A DNA stretch of 64,000 bases from NCBI GenBank assembly GCA_030390025.1, contig CM059432.1:9176001-9240000 (forward strand), written 5' to 3'. The translations under genes were made by a program, and so were the position numbers. How positions within the stretch are numbered: the first letter of the stretch is position 1; the number at the start of each line of letters is the position of its first letter. Origin of the DNA: Squalus acanthias (lineage: Eukaryota). The notes beneath the pieces were generated by a model that searched no databases, had not been told where the DNA came from, and saw only the letters and a program-made list of their open reading frames with translations. Shown one piece after another: positions 37,702 to 49,960 of the stretch.

Positions 37702-39018
37702 ATTGTTCACATTTGTTACCTCTAGACTTGACTACTCCACCTTCCAGCATCCATAAAGTGGAGTTCATCTAAAACTCTGCTGCCTGTATCATAACTCGCA
37801 CCGAGTCCTGTTCACCCATCACCCTCTGTGCTCGCTGACTTACACTGTCTCCCGGTCCGACAACGCCTCAATTTTAAAATTCTCATCCTTGTTTTCAAAT
37901 CCCTCCATAGCCTTCCCCCCTCCCCATCTCTGTAACCTCCTCCGACCCTACAACCCTCTGAGATCTCGGCGCTGCTCCAATTCTGGCCTCTTGCACATCC
38001 CCGATTTTAATCGCTCCACCATTGGCAGCTGTGATTTCAGCTGGCTAGGCCCTAGGCTCTGGAATTCCCTCCCTAAACCTCTCTGCCTCTCTACCTCTCT
38101 CCCTCTGTGTAGAATGTGGAACTCGCTACCACAGGGAGTGATTGAGGCAAATAGTATAGATGCATTTAAGGGGAGGCTAGATAAGCATATGAGGGAGAGG
38201 GGAATAGAGGGTTATGCTGATAGATTCGATGAGGAAAGACGGGAGGAGGCTCGAGTGGAGCACAAACGCCGGCATGGACTGGTTGGGCTGAATGGCCTGT
38301 TTCTGTGCCGTATATCCTATGTAAATCTCCTCCTTTAAGACACTCCTTAAAACCTACCCCTTTGACCAAGCTTTTGGTCATCTGTCCAAATATCTCCTTA
38401 TGTGGCTCGGTGTCCAATTTTTGTTTGATAATCGCTCCTGTGAAGCGCCTTGGGATGTTTTACTACATTAAATGCACTATATAAATGCCAGTTGTTGTTG
38501 TTGCCAGCCATGTCTCCCATTCTCTCAGAGACAGCTAGAAGCCATGTTTCTCAAAAAAAGACAAGTACTCAGCCTATCGGAGACAGGCAGCTGTGTGATT
38601 CAGAGCTAGACAATCCCTACTCGTACAGCCAGACCCCAGGCAAAGAACTTTGTATCGCATATCCAGCTGGGTCCACCACAGGCAGGTCTTTTCAAGGCAA
38701 TACGATCCCACGCAGTTGAACAAGAGTCTTAGACAGAGAATCATCTTCCACACAGACGGCCATGTCTCACAGTCAGATCCCATCCGGCTTTGCTGGTCCC
38801 CTGGACAATCAAGTATACAGCTTTAGCCTTTCGGATGAGACATTAAACCGAAGCATCAGCTGCCCTCTCATGTGGACGTAAAAGGTCCCATGGCCACTAT
38901 TGTGAAGAGGAGCAGGGGAGTTCTCCCAATATTTATCCCTCAACCAACATGGTCCTGCACAAGCACGATGGACCGAATGACCTCCTTCTGTGCTGTATCA
39001 ATCTATGATTATATGAAC

Positions 39019-39232
39019 GATAACAAAATACTGCGGATGCTGGAAATCCGAAATAACAACAGAAAACGCTGGAAAAACTCAGCAGGCCAGGCAGCATCCG
39101 TGGAGAGAGAGAAACAGAGTTAATGTTTCAGGTCGAAGACGAAAGGTCTTCGACCTGAAACGTTAACTCTGTTTCTCTCTCCACGGATGCTGCCTGGCCT
39201 GCTGAGTTTTTCCAGCGTTTTCTGTTGTTATT
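39019..39232. mobile_element. Fold-back (inverted) Penelope-type terminal insertion
   Basis: Arms 39051..39140 and 39146..39233, 5-nt loop; TSD TATGATTATATGAAC at 39004..39018 and 39233..39247. Confidence 0.85.
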
Positions 39233-39870
39233 TATGATTATATGAACATCACTTAAAACAGATTATCTGGTCATTATCGCATTGCTGTTTGTGGGAGCTT
39301 GCTGTGAGCAAATTGGCTGCCGCCTTTCCTACAGTACAACAGTGACTACCCTTTAATAGTACTTCATTGCCTGTAAAGCGCTTTGGGATATCCCGAGGTC
39401 ATGAAAGGCGCTGTATAAATACAAGTCTTTCTTTCTTATTTTTTAGTCCCTCATGTTAACTGTGATTGACAAGTCTCAGGTGAAAACAGTAGTTTCCTCC
39501 ACCGATGTTACAATTCTAAAGCTAACCGTGTATTGTCAAGGCAAGTCCAGCATTGACTATAAAACAGAAGTCACCTTGCTCAAACCTAGATAGCAAACAC
39601 TTGTTTTCCACTCTTAATACAATAGATGTCATTTTTCCCATGAAAATGCTCTCTTCCTGTCACATTAGAAGTCTACACCTTCTGCAGTAAAACAAAGGCA
39701 GCAACTGTACAGAAGATAAAACGGTTAAGTTAACATTTCAGGGTCTATGACCCTTCTCCAGAACTGAAAGATGTTATAGAAGAACCATTTATAAGAAGGA
39801 ACTGAGAAAGGGAAAAGGGGAAACAAAACAAAAGCTAGCTGGGTAAATGTTCTGAGGGTTAGGTTGACTA

Positions 39871-41018
39871 CATAAGAACATAAGAATTAGGAGCAGGAGT
39901 CGGCCATACAGTCCCGTGAGCCTGCTCCGCCATTCCATAAGATCATGGCTGATCTTCAGCCTCAACTCCACTTTCCTGCACTATCTCCATATCTCTTGAT
40001 TCCCTTAGAGTCCAAAAAATCTATCGATCTCAGTCTTGAATATACTCAACGATTCAGCATCCACAGCCCTTTGGAGTAGAGAATTCCAAAATTTCACGAC
40101 CCTCTGAGTGAGGAAATTCCTCCTCATCTCAGTCTTAAATGGCCTACCTCTTATCCTGAGACTATGCCCCCCTAGTTCTAGACACTTCAGCCAGGGGGAA
40201 ACAGCCTCTCAGCATCTACCCTATCAATCCCCTTCAGAATCTTGTATGTTTCATTGAGATCACCTCTCGTTCTTCGAAACTCCAGAGAGTGTAGGCCCAA
40301 TCTACTCAATTCCTCCTCATAACTACTTGAGCTTCACTGTTGAATTGTATATGTCCTTCTGATCCAAAGTTACTCAATAACATGTATTCCAATGGCCAAA
40401 ATCCCAATATCTGTCCATCTATTTATCCAGCTCTTATGTAATTGCAGGTTTAGCAACATTGAGGTGCAGATCAAGATCCGGAAACAAATTGATCAGCTCA
40501 CCTGAGACTCAGAGACTAAGGACGAGTGAATTGCTATGGTTCGTGAGCTGTAATGCTAGGTGCTCCTCGATGCTAGTGCGGTATCACCCACTCCCAGACA
40601 TCTGTTATTCTCTCCATCGTTTAAGAGTAACATTATGGGGTATAAGAACATAAGAAATAGGAGCAGGAGTCGGCCATTTGGCTCTTCGAGCCTGCTCCAC
40701 CATTCAATAAGATCATGGCTGATCTTCTACCTCATCTCCACTTTCCTGCCCTATTCCCATATCCCTTGATTCCCTTAATATCCAAAAATCTATCGATCTC
40801 AGCCTTGAATATATTCAACGACTGAGCCTCCACAGCCCTCTGGGGTAGTGAATTCCAAAGATTCACCACCCTCTGAGTGAAGAAATTTCTCCTCATCTCA
40901 GCCCTAAATGGCCGACCCCTTATTCTGAGACTGTGACCCCAGGTTCTGGACTCCCCAGCCAGGGGAAACATCCTCCCTGCATCTACCCTGTCAAGTCCTT
41001 CAAGAATTTTATATGTTT
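39871..41018 (-). mobile_element. Two CR1 3' fragments (39871..40320 and 40642..41018)
   Basis: Reverse-strand (CATAAGAA)n tails and ORF 40732..40971. Confidence 0.88.
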
Positions 41019-42894
41019 GTAGAGTTTACACTTTGGAGCAATCAGCAATCTAGGCTGTCAAAACTGTGCTAGTTTTCGGAAGTGAAGTTATGGTTTAAGT
41101 TTCAGCTCAACCTCATTTGCATCATAATCACAAACGTAAAATCTTCCATGAACCAGCGTTTTAGAACATAATTGTTTCTTTCCCTAGCAGTAAAATATAT
41201 TCCCTGATGTGTTTAAGAGCGGTAACCTCAGTTTGATCAATATAAGCTGAAAGTGGGTTTATCACCAAAAAGAAGCATTTTTAATCAGATTGTCGAGTCC
41301 TCCACCAGTGAGCAACCTGATTTAAAATGACCGAAAAGGACTTAAAAAAAAACTAGGCGGAACCATTGACTAGCTTCATTGGCGCACAGTGCTTAGTTTC
41401 TTAGTAAATTAAGTATTTGTTAACATTTAATAGCTTTTAAAATGTGCCGTTGCGCCTAAAGCAAACCAGCTCGATTTTAAAAGGCCCCTCGAAGGCCCGC
41501 AAACCAGCGCAATTCGCGGGAGATCGCCGTGGTGATTCATTCGATCCGGGGGGCGTGGCCAGATTTGTGGCTTCTGGTGCGATGTTTTTTAAAACCAGCG
41601 CAAAAGATTGCGGGAACTCGATTGGCGCTGAACGTAACTTGCGCCTGAAATTCCGCGATCTTTTGGGTTGGTTTGGCCAGTTTCGGCCTAAAAAAAAAAT
41701 AACCAGCGCCACTTAGCGGAAACTGTTTAATATATTAAAATGCAGCGTGGTGTAATTGGTCAATAAAATATAGTAATGTGATATGCCTGAACTACTGGAA
41801 TTCATCTACAGGCTGAAAGATGTAGCAAAGTAGCATAGGCCTGAAATTCTAACAGTGTAAATGTGTCTACATTGTTCTACAGTTTATATTCTAGATCTCA
41901 TCTGTTGTGTCGTCACGGTGGTTTTATTTGAGTGGAGCATAAGGCGACTCGTACCTAAAGCATACTGACTTTCAATGCTGATGAGATGCTTTTTCCACTT
42001 GAATTCAGAAGTCTTTTTTTATCTTAATCAATTCTGCAACAAACAGGCTTCAGGAAGTCACTGGAACGAAATGAAATATAGTGGCTTTGCCCCTGGAAGA
42101 AGAGACAGAGAGACAGAACTGATGACTATATATTACATAAATTATAATACAGCGCAGAACCACAGTGGGTGTCGCAGGCACTTCCTTCTTGCCCTTGTCA
42201 CTGGCACTCAGCTTGAGCGTTTTGCAAGTCATGCATGCGAGAACATTAGTACCGTACCTTTACTGCACTATTACAATGACAGACTAACCTAGACTGCTAG
42301 CCTGACTGAGCAGTGTATTTGCCCAAGAGCAGCTACTTCTTTCAATTGCTTCTAATTTGAAATCTGTATTTTAAGCGGTTGAAGGTATGTGGGCATCAGT
42401 GGGGACACGTGCATTAAATATGAAATGGACAACTTTGCTGAATTTACCTGGCCTGCGAAGTTTGAACAAAAAATCAGCTTATTCCTTGACTAAATCATGT
42501 CATCTTCGCCACAGGAAACCTTCATATTTGAGGTGAGGAAGAAGGAATTATTGAGATTACCATGGACGCAGGCTGTCTTAGGTAAGCTTTCAGAAGATTT
42601 ACTGTTGTGGGTGCGATCTAGTGCTGGGACTGAATCCAAAGCTGAGCTGTTCTGAACTGTTCCAATTCTAATTACTTTAGGGGAATGCTGCACGTACACA
42701 TGTCATTTTCAGTGGTGTTAACGTTCTCACGGGTAAAATATCCCACGGCGCATCTTGAAGAAAAGCAGCGGGTTCTCGTAGTGTCCTGGCCAACAACTGG
42801 TCATTCATATCATTGGTGTCCGTGGCATGTTGCTCAGCTCAAATTAACTGCTGTTTCTGCCTACATAACAGTGACTGGTCTTCAAAGGTAATTT

Positions 42895-45800
42895 GCTTCC
42901 TTCCATCCTCCCTTCATTCCTTCCTCCCTTCCTTCCTCCCTTCCTTCCTCCCTTCATTCCTTCCTCCCTTCGTTCCTCCCTTCCTTCCTCCCTTCCTTCC
43001 TCCCTTCCTTCCTCCCTTCATTCCTTCCTCCCTTCATTCCTTCCTCCCTTCCTTCCTCCCTTCCTTCCTCCCTTCATTCCTTCCTCCCTCCCTTCCTTCA
43101 TTCCTTCATTCCTTCCTCCCTTCGTCCTTTTATCCTCACTTCCTTCCTTCCTTCCTCCCTTCCTCCCTTCCTTCCTTCCTTCCTTCCTCCCTCCTTTCAT
43201 TCCTTCCTCCCTCCCTCCCTTCATTCCTTCCTCCCTTCCTTCCTTCATTCCTTCCTTCCTTCCTCCCTTCATTCCTTCCTCCCTTCCTTCCTCCCTTCCT
43301 TCCTCCCTTCATTCCTTCCTCCCTTCATTCCTTCCTCCCTTCCTTCCTCCCTTCCTTCCTCCCTTCATTCCTTCCTCCCTCCCTTCCTTCATTCCTTCAT
43401 TCCTTCCTCCCTTCCTCCCTTCCTCCCTTCCTTCCTTTTATCCTCACTTCCTTCCTTCCTTCCTCCCTTCCTCCCTTCCTTCCTTCCTTCCTTCCTCTCT
43501 CCCTTCATTCCTTCCTCCCTCCCTCCCTTCATTCCTTCCTCCCTTCCTTTCTTCATTCCTTCCTTCCTTCCTCCCTTCATTCCTTCCTCCCTTCCTTCCT
43601 TCATTCCTTCCTTCCTTCCTTCCTTCCTTCCTTCCTTCCTTCCTCCCTCCCTTCATTCCTTCCTTCCTTCCTTCCTCCCTTCCTTCCTCCCTTCCTTCCT
43701 TTTATCCTCCCTTCCTTCCTTTTATCCTCCCTACATTCCTCCCTTCCTCCTTTCCTTCCTTCCTTCCTTCCTTCCTTCCTTCCTCCCTTCCTTCATTCCT
43801 TCCTCCCATCCTTCCTCCCTTCCTTCCTTCCTTCCTCCCTTCCTCCCTTCCTCCCTTCCTTCCTCCCTTCCTCCCTTCCTTCCTTTTACCCTCCCTTCAT
43901 TCCTTCCTTCCTTCCTTCCTTCCTTCCTTCCTTCCTTCCTTCCTTCATTCCTCCCTTCCTCCTTTACTTCCTTCATTCCTTCCTCCCTTCCTCCTTTCCT
44001 TCCTTCCTTCCTTCCTTCCTTCCTTCCTCCTTTCCTTCCTTCATTCCTTCCTCCCTTCCTCCTTTCCTTCCTCCCTTCCTTCCTTCATTCCTCCCTTCCT
44101 CCTTTCCTTCCTTCCTTCCTCCCTTCCTCCCTTTATCCTCCCTTCCTTCCTTCATTCCTTCCTCCCTTCCTTCCCTCCTCCCTTCCTTCCTCCCTCCCTT
44201 CCTTCATTCCTTCCTCCCTTCCTCCTTCCTCCCTCCCTCCCTTCCTTCATTCCTTCCTCCCTTCCTTCCTTTTATCCTCCCTTCATTCCTTCCTTCCTTC
44301 CTTCCTTCCTTCCTTCCTTCCTTCCTCCCTTCCTTCCTTCCTTCCTCCCTTCCTCCCTTCCTTCCTTTTATCCTCCCTTCCTTCCTTCAATCCTTCCTTC
44401 CTTCCTTCCTTCCCTCCTTCGTTCCTTCCTTCCTCCCTTCCATCCTTCCTTCCTCCCTCCCTTCCTTCATTCCTTCCTCCCTTCCTTCCTTTTATCCTCC
44501 CTTCATTCCTTCCTTCCTTCCTCCCTTCCTCCCTTCCTCCCTTCCTTCCTTTTATCCTCCCTTCCTTCCTTCATTCCTTCCTTCCTTCCTCCCTTCCTTC
44601 CTTCCTTCCTTCCTTCCTCCCTTCCTTCCTCCCTCCCTTCCTTCTTCCTCCCTTCCTCCCTTCCTCCCTTCCTTCCTTTTATCCTCCCTTCCTTCCTTCA
44701 TTCCTCCCTTCCTCCCTTCCTCCCTTCCTTCCTTTTATCCTCCCTTCCTTCCTTCCTTCCTTCCTTCCTTCCTTCCTTCCTTCCTTCCTTCCCTCCTTCC
44801 TTCCTTCCTTCCTCCCTTCCTTCCCTCCTTCCTTCCTTCCTTCCTTCCTCCCTTCCTTCCTTCCTTCCTTCCTCCCTTCCTTCCTCCCTCCCTTCCTTCT
44901 TCCTCCATTCCTCCCTTCCTTCCTCCCTCCGTTCCTTCCTTCCTTCCATCCTTCATTCCTTCGTCCCTTACTTCCTCCCTCCCTTCCTCCCTTCCTCCCT
45001 TCCTTCCTCCCTCCCTTCCTTCATTCTTTCCTCCCTTCCTTCCTCCCTTCCTCCCTTCCTTCCTTTTATCCACCCTTCATTCCTTCCTTCCTTCCTCCCT
45101 TCCTTCCTTCCTTCCTTCCTTCCTCCCTCCCTCCCTTCCTTCCTTCCTCCCTCCCTTCCTTCCTTCCTTCCTTCCCTCCTTCCTTCCTCCCTTCCTCCCT
45201 TCCTTCCTTTTATCCTCCTTTCATTCATTCCTTCCTTCCTCCCTTCCTTCCTTCCTTCCTTCCTTCCTCCCTTCCTTCCTTCCTTCCTCCCTCCCTTCCT
45301 TCCTTCCCTCCTTCCTTCCTTCCTTCCTCCCTTCCATCCTTCCTTCCTCCCTCCCTTCCTTCATTCCTTCCTCCCTTCCTTCCTTTTATCCTCCCTTCAT
45401 TCCTTCCTTCCTTCCTCCCTTCCTCCCTTCCTTCCTTTTATCCTCCCTTCCTTCCTTCCTTCCTTCCTTCCTTCCTTCCCTCCTTCCTTCCTTCCTCCCT
45501 TCCTTCCCTCCTACCTTCCTTCCTTCCTCCCTTCCTTCCTTCCTTCCTTCCTCCCTTCCTTCCTCCCTCCCTTCCTTCTTCCTCCCTTCCTCCCTTCCTT
45601 CCTCCCTCCCTTCCTTCCTTCCTTCCTTCCTTCCTTCCTTCATTCCTTCCTCCCTTCCTGCCTCCCTCCCTTCCTCCCTTCCTCCCTTCCTTCCTCCCTC
45701 CCTTCCTTCATTCCTTCCTTCCTCCCTCCCTTCCTTCCTTCATTCCTTCCTTCCTTCCTTCCTTCCTTCCTCCCTTCCCTCCTTCCTTCCTCCCTTCCTT

Positions 45801-46650
45801 CCCTCCTCCCTTCCTTCCTCCCTTCCTCCCTTCCTTCCTTCCTTCCTCCCTCCCTTCCTTCCTTCATTCCTTCCTTCCTTCCTTCCTTCCTTCCTCCCTT
45901 CCTTCATTCCTCCCTTCCTTCCCTCCTTCCTTCCTTCCTTCCTCCCTTCATTCCTTCCCTCCTTCCTTCCTTCATTCCTTCCTCCCTTCCTCCCTCCCTT
46001 CCTTCCTTCCTCCCTTCCTTCCATCCTTCCTTCTATCCTCCCTTCATTCCTTCCTTCCTTCCTTCCTTCCTTCTATCCTTCCTTCCTTCCTCCCTTCCTT
46101 CCTTCCTTCTATCCTCCCTTCATTCCTTCCTTCCTTCCTTCTATCCTTTCTTCCTTCCTTCCTTCCTTCTATCCTTCCTTCCTTCCTTCCTCCCTTCCTT
46201 CCTTCCTTCCTTCCTTCCTTCCTTCCTTCCTCCCTCCCTTCCTTCCTCCCTTCCTCCCTTCCTCCCTCCCTCCCTCCCTTCCTTCCTTCATTCCTTCCTT
46301 CCTCCCTTCCTTCCTTCCTTCCTTCCTTCCTCCCTTCCTCCCTCCCTTCCTTCCCTCCTTTCTTCCTTCCTTCCTCCCTTCCTTCCTTCCTTCCTTCCTT
46401 CCTTCCTTCCTTCCTTCCTTCCTTCCTTCTCCTTCCTCCCTCCCTTCCTTCCTTCCTTCCTCCCTTCCTTCCATCCTTCCTTCCTTCCTTCCTCCCTTCC
46501 TTCCTTCCATCCTCCTTCCTTCCTTCCTTCCTTCCTTCCTTCCTTCCTTCCTTCTATCCTTCCTTCCTTCCTTCCTTCCTCCCTTCCTTCCTTCCTTCCT
46601 TCCTCCCTTCCTCCCTTCCTTCCTTCCTTCCTTCCTCTCCTCTCCTCTTT
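42895..46650. repeat. ~3.75-kb degenerate (CCTT)n / (AAGG)n polypyrimidine-polypurine tract
   Basis: Almost only C and T on the + strand, with CCTC, CATT and TTTTATCC variants; G is nearly absent. Confidence 0.98.
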
Positions 46651-48924
46651 TATTTCCTCAGTATCCAAGGCCACTTGCCCACTTTAGAAGATAAACCGCT
46701 GCCTGTGCAAATGCCGTTACAGAGCGGGGCCACTGCGAAGGCACCTCGCCGTTACCAACGAGTTTAAAGTCAGTAGAAAAGCTAGGAATTTCAGGAAAAG
46801 GGGCAATGAGTGGAGTTGCCTGTGCCATCAAGCTGTTAGTAAAGTGTTCCCTGAGGGTCCAGCAAACCCACCTAATCTAATCTATCTGAAGGTCTGGAAT
46901 TCTAAACGGGGAGGATAAGTTGGGGAAGAAAGGATATTATTCTGTCTGATCTCACGCTTATTTATGGCAATTCTGTGAAGAGTGCTGAAAGACCCAAATC
47001 TTCTCAATCTTCCCCAGATTCTAGGAAAATTGATTATGTCCACAGACTTTGCTGAATCCCCAGCATTTCATATATAAGAAAAAGCACTTCCCATTTGATT
47101 TCTGTCTCCAATTTATAGATTACACTTTCAAAATAACTGAACAAAGTCAATCAGTCTGCCTGTTCCAATGAAATAGCTATTGCATCTTTCAAAATGGTAG
47201 ATAGCTCCATTGACAGATATGAAAAAAATGAAAGTAAAATGCTTCCAATCATCCTCCAGGCTCCAAACACATGCTGCATTCTCAAAGGCTTTCTGCCTAT
47301 TTGGACCCGTCTGTCAATCAGCCCATTCTTCAACCGCGAAAATGTGAATCATCGTGCAACCAGGTCAAGGCCGAGGTGACGGATCGGATTCGTTGCTGCC
47401 TGGAAATGTGGATTCTTGAAAGTCCTGGTTGTCTGGATTGTTGCTTGTGCACTTTAAAACATGATGCAGATTCTTATTCGTAACAAAATGGAAATAATGC
47501 CACAGGTTTCATAAAGATCCAACCTCGCTCTTGCTTAAGATTTCCATCAACGCCGCTGAAACTTAACTATCTCTTCGTTCCATTCTCTTGTGCCCATTTT
47601 TTGTTTCATTACACTCCTGTGAAGCGCCTTGGGGCGTTTTACTAAGCTAAAGGCGCTATATAAATGCAAGTTGTTGTTGTTGTCCTGATTCACATATAAC
47701 TCTGGTTATATCATGTAGATTTTAACCTCCATGCTCATAGCAATTTTTTAGTCCCGCTGTATCTGCCTGTGTGTTAAACAATGCCTTGATTTTAAAATTC
47801 TCATCCTGGTTTTCAAATCCCTCCATTGCCTCGCCCCCTCCCAATCTCTCTAATCTCCTCCAGCCGCACAACCCTCCGCGATCTCTGCGGTCCTCTAATT
47901 CTGGCCTCTTGAGCATCCCCGATTTTAATCGCTCCACCATTGGTGGCTGTGCCTTCAGCCACCCAGGCCCTGAGCTCTGGAATTCCCTTCCTAAACCTCT
48001 CCGCCCCTCTACCTCTCTTTCCTCCTTTAAGACGCTCCTTAAAATCTACCTCTTTGACCAAGCTTTTGTTCACCTGTCCTAATATCTCCTTATGTGGCTC
48101 AGTGTCAAATTTTGTTTGATAACGCGCCTTGGGACGTTTTACTAAGCTAAAGGCGCTATATAAATGCACATTGTTGTTGTATGCACCACTGGATGAATAC
48201 ATATATCAACATTTACCCGCACTTCTGAAATTCTTAGCAATCTTTTGTATTCTATCCATCACTGAAGTGTCACTGTGATGGAGTGCAACGAAAAAATGGT
48301 CACCTAGTCTGTTGGGATTCAAGCGAATATTTCTATCAATCATACAACGACACTTCTTTTAAGAAAGTAGGCAATAAAGCAAAACTCCAATCAATGACAA
48401 GAGACTTTATACACTGCTTTTTATTGTTGAGAGAACTTTTAGTAAAAAAAAAGGAATTGGGGTAGAAATTAGTTCGGGCCTGTTTTTTTGGGGCCCAAGT
48501 TCGGCCGCGCGCGAGCTGCCCGTGCCCGAAGAGAGAGGCTCGAGGCCGTCTCAAAATTAGGCCTCAGGCCTCATCTACAACTTCAGGGTGAGCGGCCGGC
48601 GCCTGCTCACCTGCTGCAGCCCTGAGGAGAGTCGGATCGGTGAAAAAAGCGAAATAGAATCGTAGGTGATTCTGCGATTCTGTGTTGAAGTCAGGTCGCA
48701 CGCCAAATTGTGTGACTTCGGACGAAGCCCTGCCCACGGCATGCCCCTGACCCGTTTAAAATGGCCACCCTTTTATGACCCACAGACAGGCAGAGTGAGG
48801 CTCCGCGGAGTGGCAGTGCAGAGGCTGGAATAAAACACCGATCTTTTGTTGCATGGAACCAAAAAGGGCAATTTACTGTTTTTTTTATGAATTAGTTGGG
48901 AAGCAGCAAGTCACTTTCAATGCA

Positions 48925-49960
48925 TTATAGATTCATAGCACAACGCAGAAGGAGGCCATTCGGCCCATCGTGTCTGTGCCGGCTCTTTGAAAGAGCTCTC
49001 CAGTTAGTCGCACTCCATATATAAGCAGAGCTTGCTGATCTTTCCCCATACTCCTGCCAATTTTTCCTTTTCAAGTATATATCCTTTTAAAAGTTACTAT
49101 TGAATCTGCTTCCACCACCCTTTTAGGCCATGTTTCCTACATTACAATGGTGGCTATAGTTCAAAAAGTACTTCATTGGCTGTAAAGCGCTTTGGGACAT
49201 CCGGTGGTCGTGAAAGGCGCTATATAAACACAAGTTTTTCTTTTTCTTTTCCGTGCATTCCAGAGCATAACAACTCACTGAGTAAAAGAAAATTCTCCTC
49301 ATCTCCCCTCCTGCTCTTTTGCCAATTATCTTTTTTATTCGTTTATGGGATGTGGGCGTCACTGGCAAGGCCAGCATTTATTGCCCATCCCTAGTTCCCC
49401 TTGAGAAGGTGGTGGTAAACCGCCTTCTTGAACCGCTGCAGTCCGTGTGGTGAAGGTACTCCCACAGTGCTGTTAGGGAGGGAGTTCCAGGATTTTGACC
49501 CAGCGACGATGAAGGATCGGCGATACATTTCCAAGTCAGGATGGTGTGTGACTTGGAGGGGAACTCGGAGGTGGTGGTGTTCCCATGCGCCTGCTGCCCT
49601 TGTCCTTCTAGGTGGAAGAGGTCGCGGGTTTGGGAGGTGCTGCCGAAGAAGCCTTGGCGAGTTGCTGCAGTGCATCTTGTAAATTATCTTTAAATCTGTG
49701 TCCTCTGGTTGCCGACCCTCCTGCTAGTGGAAACAGTTTCTCCTTATTTACTCGATCAAAAACTCTTCATATTTTTTGAACACCTTTATTAAATTTCCCC
49801 TTAACCTTCTCTGCTCTGAGTAGAACAATCCCAGCTTTTCTAATCTCTCCATGTAACTGAAGTCCCTCGTCCCTGGTACCATTCTAATAAATCTTCTCCG
49901 CACCCTCTCCGAGACCCTGACGTCCTTCCTAAAGCGTGGTGCGCAGAAACACTGCTGCTG
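48925..49960 (-). mobile_element. CR1 3' fragment with nested DeuSINE tail and nested second-family LINE
   Basis: CR1 sequence is interrupted at ~49128..49250 and 49334..49681 and resumes collinearly. Confidence 0.8.

Noticed and set aside
42813..46694. 1293-aa and 1264-aa ORFs and many minus-strand GRKE ORFs
   Set aside because: Translation artefacts of the CCTT repeat, which lacks stop codons.
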